Below are positions 1 through 10,767 of a stretch of DNA of 64,000 nucleotides, piece by piece. Origin of the DNA: Mytilus californianus (Eukaryota). Both the position numbers and the translations under genes were made by a program. Within the stretch, counting starts at the first letter, position 1. Every line of letters starts with the position of its first letter. The notes under the pieces are model-generated. The model was not told the DNA's origin and did no database searches. It worked only from the letters and a program-made list of their open reading frames with translations. Where the stretch lies: positions 50,964,001 through 51,028,000 of the forward strand of contig NW_026262593.1 in the NCBI RefSeq assembly GCF_021869535.1. Reading direction: 5' to 3'.

Positions 1-210
1 CAAACAACATTTTCCAAAAGAGCAAATGAGTGAAAAAGTATATTTTAACAAAACGCATTTGACTAGCAGGTCAAACAACTGATGTTCTTAAACCCTGCTG
101 ACTGCCATTGGCGATTGCCAAATAAACGGATCACAAGATGTAACAAAATAGATCTTATTATTAGTTTATCACCAAACAGAAAACAATAAACTTGCGGAAA
201 AGATGGTATA
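1..210 (-). repeat. Partial inverted copy of the 535-bp hammerhead-bearing repeat unit found at 30005-31321
   Basis: The reverse complement of 1-210 aligns at high identity to the unit junction region (TATACCATCTTTTCCGCAAG...GATCCGTTTATTTGGCAATCGCCA..GGCAGTCAGCAGGGTTTAAGAACATC...GCTAGTCAAATGCGTTTTGTTAAAATATAC). It is cut by the window edge. Confidence 0.9.
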
Positions 211-619
211 TATGTATTTGTGTGGTATGATAGCTCATGAGACAAATAGCCAAAAAAAGGAAGATCATCCTACGGTCTTCCAACAACATCATTTCCATTT
301 GCCGCCATACTTGATGTCAACACGCACACATGACTTCATAATCAACCGATTTCAACTTGTTTTTCTCACAGATAGACTTCAGAAAAAGTTTTTGTTCGGA
401 ACAAAGTCTTCTATTCACCACTATGCTACAGTTCATTGATTTTATAACGGTTAAGCTTTTTTATACTTCCGTAACATCGGTAATTGCATGTCAGATACAA
501 TAGTACGGGTGATATTTAAATGCATTACTGAAATCTTTCACAAAAAAGATATCTAGTATCAGGCTGCTTTGTTGGTCATGACTGAATTTTATCTTCATGA
601 TGTCTTAAATATACAGGTT

Positions 620-832
620 ACCAAGTCAGGAATATGGCAGTTGTTATCAAATAGTCCGTTTCTATGTATGTTGGCTTTTGTTTTATGTTGCAGTTCAGTG
701 TTTCTGTTGTTCCGTTGTTTTCTTCTTATAGTTGATGTGTTTCCCTCGGTTTTGGTTTGTGACCCGTATTTTTTTTTTCGCTTAATCGATTGATGACTAA
801 TGAACAGCAGTATAATACTGTTGCCTTTATTT
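620..832 (+). repeat. Dispersed repeat fragment (ends GAACAGCAGTATAATACTGTTGCCTTTATT)
   Basis: An inverted relative occurs at 20981-21062 (AATAAAGGCAACAGTAGTATAC...AAATCGATTGAGAGAAAACAAATTCGGGTTATAAACTAAAAC). Confidence 0.7.
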
Positions 833-1537
833 AGAACAGGTATCACAAGAATATCAATTATCAATGGAAATGAGATCAAGATCAGTCGATTCGGAATCTT
901 GTGAACCGTAAACACACACCAAACAATCATTTAATATTTACTAAATTTAACGCTACACAATGAATCACGAAAATGAGGGCAATGCCAGATAAACCTATTA
1001 GACGGACATGCACACCTTGTTTAAAGCATTAAATACACTTATTATAACTGACATATCGCTGATGGCATCCGCAAAACAGAATCACAAAAACTTAATGTTG
1101 ACCAATGAATTGACCCACGGATTGTCGAATATGCCAAAATCAATCTACAAGATAGTATTGACTCTATTTTGGTTACTCATGAGGAGGTCTACAACCCAGC
1201 TCATAAAGTAAAAATAACAATAAAATATCAAATACATTTGTTAGTACTGTTAGAAAGACTTTTTTGCAAAATTAATCAAGTTATGACGTCGATAATGTAA
1301 AATTTGATTCTTGGTATTCTTACTACGAAGTGTACATGTCATTTAAAAAGGAAATTTTTTTGATGGAGCAAAACGCAAATACAAATGGGCAAAGAATGTT
1401 CAGAATAAAGCAAAAATAAAACAAGCCAATAAAATGTATTAAAGTGAGCTGGATAGAGTTTTTTCTGATTACCCTATCCGGATAGAGGAAGAGATCACAC
1501 AGCCACATATTTTGCAATCTTAACTTGCTCGAAAATA

Positions 1538-1660
1538 GAATAAGTTTACTTAAAGGATCGATAAGTTTACTTGGATCGTATCTAAATTTCCGTTCTCGGT
1601 AAACAACTTCTCCGTACAAACCAGGATGCGCTATCCCATTTGAAACAAGTTTTCTAGAGG
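1538..1660 (-). mobile_element. Remnant of a second, diverged Naiad-type PLE (RT C-terminal region)
   Basis: The minus frame reads SRKLVSNGIAHPGLYGEVVYRERKFRYDPSKLIDPLSKLI. This aligns by eye to the C-terminus of the element at 24349-28561 (RHLIRSGISHQKFYGNILYKAQKCQYSPQKLTKPLNRLI). Confidence 0.65.
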
Positions 1661-1739
1661 TAATTATCAGAAATCTACACTCTAAACGAATTAAAGTTAA
1701 AAATAAACTAGATCGTTGTATGTCATAAATGAAAAAAAA

Positions 1740-2430
1740 ATCTATCCCAGAAAAATGGATCCAAGTTGTTTAAAAAGAACATTTGGTTTATAGTACAGTT
1801 AAAGTATTTAGAGAAATAAGATTTTATGGAAAAAACATTTTACTGATATTCCATTATTAACAAATAAAATGTTATATATAAGTATAAAAATAGAACCATC
1901 AATAGGGATAAACAGAGGGCTTAGAATCCTAGAAATACAAGAAACTCTAAATATAAATTCATTGTACCAATTTATTTTCGAATATCTGACTGGAAATAAA
2001 ATTAAAAATATCTAGATGGGAAGTTTTACAATATATTGTTCCAATGAAAAAAACATTTATTACAGTTGAAAATAACTAAGACAGATAAATGTAATTTTTT
2101 AACCAAGAAGAAAATTATGCACACTATTTTCTATATTGTTCATATTTGACTAGATGTTTGGCTACTAATTATGACCTCTTTATAATAAGTAAAATAGATT
2201 TTGTTATTAATTTACAACATGTTATATATGGATATAAAATCGCAGATAGTAAATACTGCATTTTGGATTATCTAATAACGATACTTAGTTTTCTATCTCT
2301 AAGTCATATTATGTATCCGAGCAGAGAACAAAAAAACGTTGATGTCAATAGTATTTTGGAAAATGAATTTAATAAGAAAAAGACACAGATAGAAATATAT
2401 CAACATGTTCAAAGTTATTTTCAATTGAAA
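1740..2430 (+). mobile_element. Decayed 3' end of an L1/Tx1-type LINE ORF2
   Basis: A frameshifted C-terminal zinc knuckle DKCNF(x)NQEENYAHYFLYC lies at about 2081-2145. It is followed by NLQHVIYGYKI...LDYLITILSF, typical of L1/Tx1 ORF2 ends. Confidence 0.6.
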
Positions 2431-2963
2431 AGAATTTTAGAACTAATTAGTCTTTGTATAGGTCACTTATTACATTTTAATAAGTTAATAAGTTGAATCA
2501 GCTGTTTGTTTCCTGGATAATCAATGAAGTGTAACAGGGTAAATCAAGAGAAGCTTGGTCTCTCGGTGAGATTTGTAACAAGCAAGATTTGAAAAAATAA
2601 ATATCATAATGTTAAAAAAACAAAAAAAACATTTCTACAGGTACAGCCAAATTTACAAACAAAATATTTGTATCTAAGGAAGAATTAAGTAAAGGTTTTA
2701 AGTAATTTGTGTTAAAGAAATCCTCGATTTAATAATTAACCAGTAATACATAGATTACGTTCATTGAAACCCAAAACGTCACTTCAAACACGGGCATAGC
2801 GAACATGTTGTGATATATAAACACCGTAAGATAGTGCCAAAGGAGCATCCCCATTTTGCAGGTTTTTCATTAAATTTGAGATTTTAACATTCATACTCCA
2901 TTGATTGTCTTTACTTACAGTTTTGTATAATAATATCAACAGTGCAATGAAAATAATCAATAT

Positions 2964-3204
2964 GTTTTGAAATAGTGAGGGAATCTCCTTATATAAACCA
3001 GTAGTTAAACAAATAATTTGAGTAAATCTGTGGACACGTTGAGTTTTTAAGCGTAAATTTGAAGAACAAACATATTGGACAAAAACGTTTCAAATAGTAA
3101 AGCTTCTAAGCGTAAATTTCGAATCCAATATACATTTTGTTTCTATTTTGAAGATATATTTGATCGATCTACGAATAATGAAATCGCGGTAATTGAGTCA
3201 ACTT
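2964..3204 (+). repeat. Direct duplicate of the 6322-6566 segment, containing a kappaB-like site (2979-2988) and TATA box (2990-2997)
   Basis: About 240 bp near-identical to 6322-6566; both copies carry GGGAATCTCCTTATATAAAC. Confidence 0.9.
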
Positions 3205-3374
3205 TTGTAGAAAACAGAAAGTACTAAAGTATGAGTTCAAACCCGATTAGATATAAGATGCTATTCCAAATTGGTTTCATTTATCAGCAATTATCAATCG
3301 AACATCATTTATGAAATTTCTGCCATAATGATTTAAAAAATCTTAATTTACTTATATCATATCATGGAGAATTA

Positions 3375-3483
3375 TTTACTAATGGAAATTGCTCATAAAC
3401 GTACGATTTTTTTTTTATCGCATCCTGTTTTAACGGCACATCGAAGATACAATTTAGAGTTTTATTGCTCACTAAATATATAT
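3375..3483 (+). repeat. Direct repeat of about 110 bp, paired with 4930-5040
   Basis: Both share CTAATGGAAATTGC.CATAAA...CATCCTGTTTTAACGGCACATC.AAG.TACAATT.AGAGTTT.ATTGCT. Confidence 0.85.
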
Positions 3484-6337
3484 GTTTATTGATTAAGATA
3501 TTAACTAAACAATTTGTAGAATTATTTCATTATAAAAAGTATCGTAAGTAAATCGATGAGGATTATTATTTAGAGTTGATGAGAAACTAAATGGATAATT
3601 GCTATTTATACCTGAAGTAAAAAAAAAAAAAAACCCAATATATCTATTATAAATTCCTCGCATATTTTCAATGTTAACAACTGAAATGCCATTATTATAT
3701 GAACTAATATTTAATCAATAATTTACAAATAGTTGATTTAAAGTATGCAACACATTGTATGCATTTTGGAATGTTTTCTTATGGTTAACTTATAACATTG
3801 CGTTTTGTCATTTCGACGTGTTATTCTTTTGTGTACCCTTTATTGGGTCTCTCGGCTGACCACATTTGTTTACAATGAATCATTCTAATTCTTATTTTGA
3901 GCACTTACATTATGTTTTGAATTACAACATTAATTCAATCATGAATATGACTTCTACTGCAGACTCATAATATATTTTGTGTTATCGTTTTATAAAATTA
4001 ATTGTTATTACACGTGTTGGTCATTAATCGGTTGCACTCATTTACTGAATAATGTTTACCAATTTAAGTCCATTATAAGGCATGTAAACTTGTCTACTAG
4101 TAACACTTTGTTTTCTATTTTTATCACGGCACAGACATAACTCGCTAAATATTCTATACGATCAACTTCTTGATATAAAGTTAATTATCGTGAAAAGAAC
4201 ATCTAGTTTTGTAACAAAATAGCTTTCAATCCTGTTTTATATAAACAAAATAATTTATTATAGTCAATCCATGTGAAAACCGTAAATACCGCCTCTATCA
4301 ACCTAGCGGCTACCAACTTACACTATAAAAACATTTCGAAACATATGTAAAATTTATTGGTGTTCATAATTAAAAAAAAAACCACTTACGTTTCCAAAAT
4401 GTTGGCTGATGAGATAAATTGGAATTCATACTAAATACAATTTTGAAAAGAAGAGCATTTATTTCAGACGCACAACAACACATTCTAATCTTTAATTGTC
4501 TCCTAGTATATCAAATACAGACAAATTAAAATATCAGAAAAGATTTTTGTATTGACTTGCAATCTTTTTTTTATCTCGATACTTTCGAGAACAAATACAA
4601 GAAATATTACATTAAAACAATTGATTAGAAACCCATACGTTGAACATTAACATGAATTTAAATAAAAATGATTTTGTACACGACATTCAAAAATGTAGGA
4701 AATGTTTGCTATTTAACAGATAATTGCATTTTAAAAACATGATACTAGTAGAAATCAAAAGAATGTACATGTAACTGCGTAGAAAGTATTAATCACATTT
4801 ATCCCCAGTATAACATAGATAAGCGAAATCATCATGACTAGAAAAAAGAATATCCCATAAGGAATATGATATCCGGCTGTTTTTTTTTAATGATCTTCAT
4901 TAAGGTACTTAGATTAGATCATGACTTTTTTTGCTAATGGAAATTGCCCATAAAATCACTATAATTGTTAACCCCCATCCTGTTTTAACGGCACATCAAA
5001 GTTACAATTAAGAGTTTAATTGCTTTCTTAATATATATATATAAACATTCCGATACAATTTCGTTAAACAGAACACTAGTTTCGTCACTGAATTCATATC
5101 GTATAACAAATTTGAGGAATATTTTCAGTTTGTTGGTGAGTTTCGAAGTTCGCACAATCGTTTCATGTAAACATTTGTATGATATATTTGATAAATTTCC
5201 AAAAATAAATAAGGTATAATTTCTACAAATTCATTTCTCGCAAGAACCATTTTCAAAAAGTTTCTTTAATTTTACAAGAAAACCACAGTATTTTAGTTTC
5301 ACATATATTAATCAAATGCAGCTTTGGAGTACTACCCGAATTTAGATAATCTAGGGTCGCTAGAAAAGTTTATATATTTTCTTTACATCAATATACAAGT
5401 TCAATGAATACGCAAAGGTTCGATATAAACGTACCATTAGCCCGTTCAAAGAGGCAGTATCTTCAAAAAGACATGAAGTTTTAACGCCATGAAAATACAG
5501 TAGCTTTATAGATATCGAAAAAAAATATGTTTCGTGTCATCCTTAGGGTTTTAATGAATATAATTAAGTACAAACACCTTTTTATCATGTTATCTGTTAG
5601 ATCAGAGATCATCAATTATGAAAGAATGTATCTGGCGTCGAGATCGATAACCTAGACCTTTTTGAAACACGTGTTCACAAGTACGAAGAGTATACGTAAT
5701 AATAATTTTTATTTCAATTCAGTATTCGAATTGAATTCTTTCATTTGTCTGATGCACCCTGAAGATTTTAATCCAAAGTATGGCATGTAGATTATTTGCG
5801 CCACTGGAAGATAAGGAAAACGAATGTCAAGGCTAAATTCACAACAAGGAGTGTTTTCTATTTTTCTTTAGAAACTGGTCCAGAAGTGTCAATATGTTGC
5901 CTATTTATTAGCTTACTGCAATTATACCAATTGACTTAAAACAATGTAAAATGTAGTAATTTTTTCGTTTTTTCCCATTTGTACGTGCGGAAAATGAAAA
6001 TTGGGTGATTGTGTGTCCAAATAGTCATACAATCAAATAGTTTTCAAACTATGTCTGATTTTCAGATTGAATCTATGTTCTTTAAATAACCATTGTTTAT
6101 GTTTTGGTTTAAAACATATCCTTCACTTGTACGTAATCAGAATTCACATTAAGTACAATCGTAGTCCAAACAGACAGTAAGTAGATTTTGTTTTTATCTA
6201 TCTATTTGAAGACGTTGCTTTCTAGATTAAGTTTTCCAAAACGATTTAAAAATTGCCTTCATTTGTTCCCTCGTTTTTTGTTTTAAACCTTGATTTGTAT
6301 CTTTTTAACGGATGTATGAGATATGTTGAAATAGTGA

Positions 6338-6356
6338 GGGAATCTCCTTATATAAA
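6338..6356 (+). promoter_or_regulatory. Candidate NF-kappaB site plus TATA box upstream of the lectin gene
   Basis: GGGAATCTCC (6338-6347) fits GGGRNNYYCC and TATATAAA follows at 6349-6356, 290 nt before the proposed ATG at 6646. Function is not demonstrated. Confidence 0.45.
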
Positions 6357-6645
6357 CAAATAGTTTAACAAATAATTTGAGTAAAATCTGTGGACACGTT
6401 GAGTTCTTAAGGGTAAATTTGAAGAACAAACATATTGGACACAAACGTTTCAAATAGTAAAGCTTCTAAGCGTTAATTTCGAATTCCAATATACATTTTG
6501 TTTCTATTGTGAAGATATATTTGATCAATCTACGAATAATGAAATCGCGGTAATTGAGTCAACTTTATCTTACAGACAGAATATCTAATTACTTCACACT
6601 ATTTTTTAGGTTTTTGAAATCTTACAAAGAAGAACAATATTAAGT

Positions 6646-6652
6646 ATGGCAA
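6646..6652 (+). CDS. C-type-lectin-domain gene, first coding exon (ATG GCA A)
   Basis: The ATG is followed by a perfect GTAAGT donor at 6653. The phase-1 junction joins the next exon to give the signal-peptide-like MAIPLLIVLPLLVGVTS. An acceptor TTTTTTAG at 6609 suggests an upstream non-coding exon. Confidence 0.55.
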
Positions 6653-7416
6653 GTAAGTATCAATAACAGATGGAATTTGACTATGTATATGTATTAGATC
6701 TTACGAATGCTAAATTCTTATATTTGTGTTTAGTTTATTTCGTTTAATAAATAAGGAAATTTCTCTTTTATCAAAAAGGATAACAAATAATCCTATAGGA
6801 GAAATGAAAATACTACTGGATTTTTTTTCTCTTGAAAATATTTATATGGTTGATTATAAATCCTAAGGGAAAAATTATATCCTCTGGGATTATAACTATT
6901 ATATGGGATTAAAACATTCCTATTGGAGGAAGAAAAATACTACCGGTTTGTGTTCTTGAAACGTTCCTTTTAGAGACAAAAAAGTCAAAAAATCTTACTG
7001 CATTTAGAATTGGAGAATTTGGGATCCGGGGTTGAAATTCATCACACACAGTAACCGTGGTTTGGGCTCTTTCCTAAAAAGTTTTTTTCTTTCTTAATGT
7101 TATTTTTATAAACATTAACTCTATTGATTTAATGTCGCTGAATTTATCAAATTAAAAAAAAAAAAAAAAAAAAAAAAACAATAAACATATATTTTGTCAA
7201 AGATCCACACAGTCACTCATTGCTGATTACAAAAATCGCGACTGTCTGTTAATTTGATCTTTTTTTGGTGCTGTGACACCCCTGTCTCAAGTAAGGAGAG
7301 AGTTGATGGTTCGTAAACAAGTCAAGACCCTATAATTGAATGATTGTGGTTTGTTACTGTTTGTCATATTTGTTTTCGTGTATTGCATTATCATTATCAG
7401 TCCGTCGGTTTTCTTG

Positions 7417-7515
7417 ATAATTATAGATTATCGTTGGTCATCTCGTCAAGATTGATTTTCTCGCGAAAGTGGGAAAAGTAATCGAGATGAGATGACCAAT
7501 GATAATCTGTTTATC
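7417..7515. repeat. Foldback palindrome of about 100 bp with a central GCGAAAG loop
   Basis: The arms are GATTATCGTTGGTCATCTC and GAGATGACCAATGATAATC, with further paired inner segments. Confidence 0.85.
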
Positions 7516-8429
7516 GCTATTTAACCTATGACGACGTTGTTAATTTCATTGACATAATTTTTCATATCACTTTACTGTGCTGAGAAAAGAAATTATCAGT
7601 CAGCAATATCAAAGGAAAATTTCGTAAAAGTGCGATAATAATATATATTTTTATTCATAGTATGTAACGACGTCGGATGTTGTATCGATGCCACTGTTGA
7701 TGATGTTGTTTAATTTAGATAAATGTTCGGAGGACATGAAATGTTTTGCAATACTATTAAATCGAACGCGTTGTTGTTGCTTCATGATTTTTTAGGGGTT
7801 GCTGCGTTGCACACATTAGTGTATTGAAGTGCTTTCTTTTTTCATTGTTTACTACATTTCAAAACAACATTGGTGGCAGCTTATGTTCCCAGTTTTTTGT
7901 TTGAGACAGAAGAAGTAAATTTTCGACTGCACAAATAACCAAAAGTGTCAAAAATACAATTACTTCCATAAACATATTTTCGCTAATAACTACGTTTTGC
8001 AATCAATATTATTTTTTTATATAGAATGTGATGGTGATGGTGAGCCACAACAAAGTCCTGATTGCCAATCCATCCCCAGTTCACGGCAAGAAGAATGGCA
8101 AAAAAAAATCGTTTTACAATTCGCTTGCAGTCATGTTAGATATGTTCAGTCTTTTTTCAGACTGTTCAGTAGTTGTTATTTACTTGTATACATCAACATC
8201 ATACTGAATTTTGTGAACATTTACTGATCCGTACCGAATTGCCTGCAAGCAAATTGTCTGAACAGTTCTGAATTTACCGTAGTGGATACGGCTGAAAATT
8301 GACTAAATCACTGAACATGACTGAATAATGTTTTTTTTCTGACTTTTCGGATGATGTTACGATCACAATGACCGTTTGAGACTACAATTCGTTGATTGGT
8401 GCTTTACATGGCTCTACAAATTAAAGCAA

Positions 8430-9380
8430 TGTTTACCATAATTCATTTAATCTTCAAACTCAAAATCGAGACATTTTTTTTTACTATGAGTTACTTCAAT
8501 CCAGGGGTTCCTTTGTATCGGACACCATCTTCGAAGATATCATTCCTATCTAAGGTGACGGTTGACTTCCTAATCAGTAAAGCGTTGTTTTCAAACTTCG
8601 ATCTAAACGTGTGGTCTGCAACTAATGTCATAATTAGTCGCTTGAGGACCGATGTTAGTGCCTGTGGTATCTTAAATAGGTTGTGGATCCTAATTTTGTG
8701 TACCGTCGAACTCTGGAAGACGTGGTAAAGCTTGACGCATGGTTGGATCTATTTTGTGATTAGTGAAGCAGCTTTCTATTGTAATCCAACGACACGTTTA
8801 CACACGTTGGTGAAGTCTAGAATTAATCCAATCCTGTTCAGTCGGTATTGGTAGTTGCTTGCTTTGATCTTTTGTTTGAAATAAACGCCCCTAGGCATTA
8901 AAAAAAAAAGGGGGGTAACACGTATGTGTCAGTCGATTTCTTTTGGATGTTACAGCATTTATGACATTTCAACTCGATAGATTTACTATACTCTTCAAAA
9001 AGATAAGATATATGTTGTGTCTTTTACACCATTGTTAATGTAGTTGTTCATTTCTAGTAGATATAATGTGTTCTGCACACAATTCGTCAGTAAGGTCAAT
9101 ATCCGTAAGCAGTTTTAAGTGTCTGAGACATTTGTTTCGATATGGTTTACATGGTTGAGTGCATTGATGTCCCCGAGCTATAAAATGCATTACATTAAGG
9201 CTATATGATTTTTTATAGTTATATTCATGATCATTATCCCATAAATCATTACCATCTCTTAAATATTTTTTTTTGTCGTACAAGAACATGTTTACATTTT
9301 TCCTCAAATTAAAATCAATCACACAGGTGCAGTGGTTTTTTGTCAAACACAACTTAATTATCCGATACATATCTAGTTTG
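8430..9380 (-). mobile_element. Decayed Polinton/Maverick (adintovirus-like) protein-coding remnant
   Basis: The minus frame at about 8470-8620 reads KFENNALLIRKSTVTLDRNDIFEDGVRYKGTPGLK*LIVKKN. This matches the 'DG.RYKGTPGL.ELI.KK' motif I associate with Polinton accessory proteins. The upstream extent is uncertain. Confidence 0.55.
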
Positions 9381-9843
9381 CGATGATTAGACCCATGTTT
9401 GTCTTCTTACAAACATGTGATTCAATTCAATTATGTTGTATGGGAGGCAGTAAACTCTTCACAAAATCCAATAAGGAATGGGGACACCTATCTTTAATAG
9501 AAATTAGATAATAAATATATTTTTAGAGAACCCTTTGCATGAAAAATATTAAGTGTGTTATGTAACAACAAAGTCAATCAAAGCACATGCCAACTGTTAA
9601 GATAAGATATGCGCGGTCTTAATAAATATAAACTAATAAGATGATATTTAAGCAATTTCATTACAGAGTCAACCATCCATAAGATTTCAATTGTCGTTGA
9701 TGTAGGCAAATGTAGGTCACAAGAAAGAAGAACAAACTGTAAAAATCAGTTGGAAATAACTTGACTCATCGGATCGTCAGATTGCAAAAAAAAAACAAAA
9801 AAAAACCAACTAACAAAAAGACATAAAAATATGCATCAGAAAA

Positions 9844-10488
9844 AAACATATTGATTCTAAAACCAGTTGTTGGCATGGTACGAGTTTTTTTCTTTTCATA
9901 TATTTTATGATGGTATGATACTAAACCCCTAACGGCAAGAATTGTAGCTGATTTTCATATGATGAAGACATAATCTTTCCATCAGTTTTAGGTTTGGAGC
10001 TGGCATGTCAGTAACTGCTAGTAGTCCTTTGTTAATTTATGTATCATTGTCATTTTGCTTAGTTTCTTTTGTTACCCATTCTGACATCGGACTTGGACTT
10101 CGTTTAAACTGAGTTTTACTGTGCGTATTGCTATGTGTTTCTTTATTCTACATTGGCTAGAGCTATAGGGGGAGGGTTGAGATCTCACAAAACATGTTTA
10201 ACCCCGCCGCATTTCTGCGCCTGTCCCAAGTCAGGAGCCTCTGGCCTTTGTTAGTCTTGTATGTTTTTTTTTTAATTTTAGTTCCTTTATATGTTTTGAA
10301 GTTTAGTGTGACGTCCATTTTCACTGAACCAGTACACAATTTTATTTAGGGGCCAGCTGAGGACTACCTCCGGGTGCGGGATTTTTTTCGCTGCGTTGAA
10401 GACCCATTAGTGGCCTTCGGCTGTTATCTGCTCTTTGGTCGGGTTGTTGTCTCTTTGACATATTCCCCATTTCCATCCTCAATTTTAT
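9844..10488 (+). mobile_element. Solo 3'UTR/pseudo-LTR copy of the Naiad element, including a slightly degenerate SECIS (about 9884-9973)
   Basis: It is colinear with the reverse complement of 24349-24866, starts exactly after the Naiad stop codon, and ends in CCCCATTTCCATCCTCAATTTTAT. Confidence 0.9.
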
Positions 10489-10638
10489 AAGACACACATA
10501 ACCGATCTAAGAGTAATTGTAGTTATTTAAAGCATGTTTTGTTATGAATGAATTAATGACCAACCGTTTAACTTGACTTCATTCAAGATTATTTTGATAA
10601 CACGACAATCAAGATAATTTATTTAATTTATATTTCAG

Positions 10639-10767
10639 TCCCGCTATTAATTGTCTTGCCTTTGTTGGTTGGAGTTACGTCACTCACAGCTAATACTGCG
10701 ACCTGTGGTGCCACATCGTGCACAAGTTGTACCACTCAAGTACATACAACATGTCCAACAACGCAAG
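10639..10767 (+). CDS. C-type-lectin-domain gene, coding exon 2 (signal peptide plus Thr/Cys-rich segment)
   Basis: TTTCAG acceptor and AG|GTATGT donor, 129 nt, phase 1/1. It encodes PLLIVLPLLVGVTSLTANTATCGATSCTSCTTQVHTTCPTTQ. Confidence 0.8.

Noticed and set aside
7154-7178. A25 homopolymer as the tail of a processed pseudogene or SINE
   Set aside because: No recognisable upstream body or TSD.
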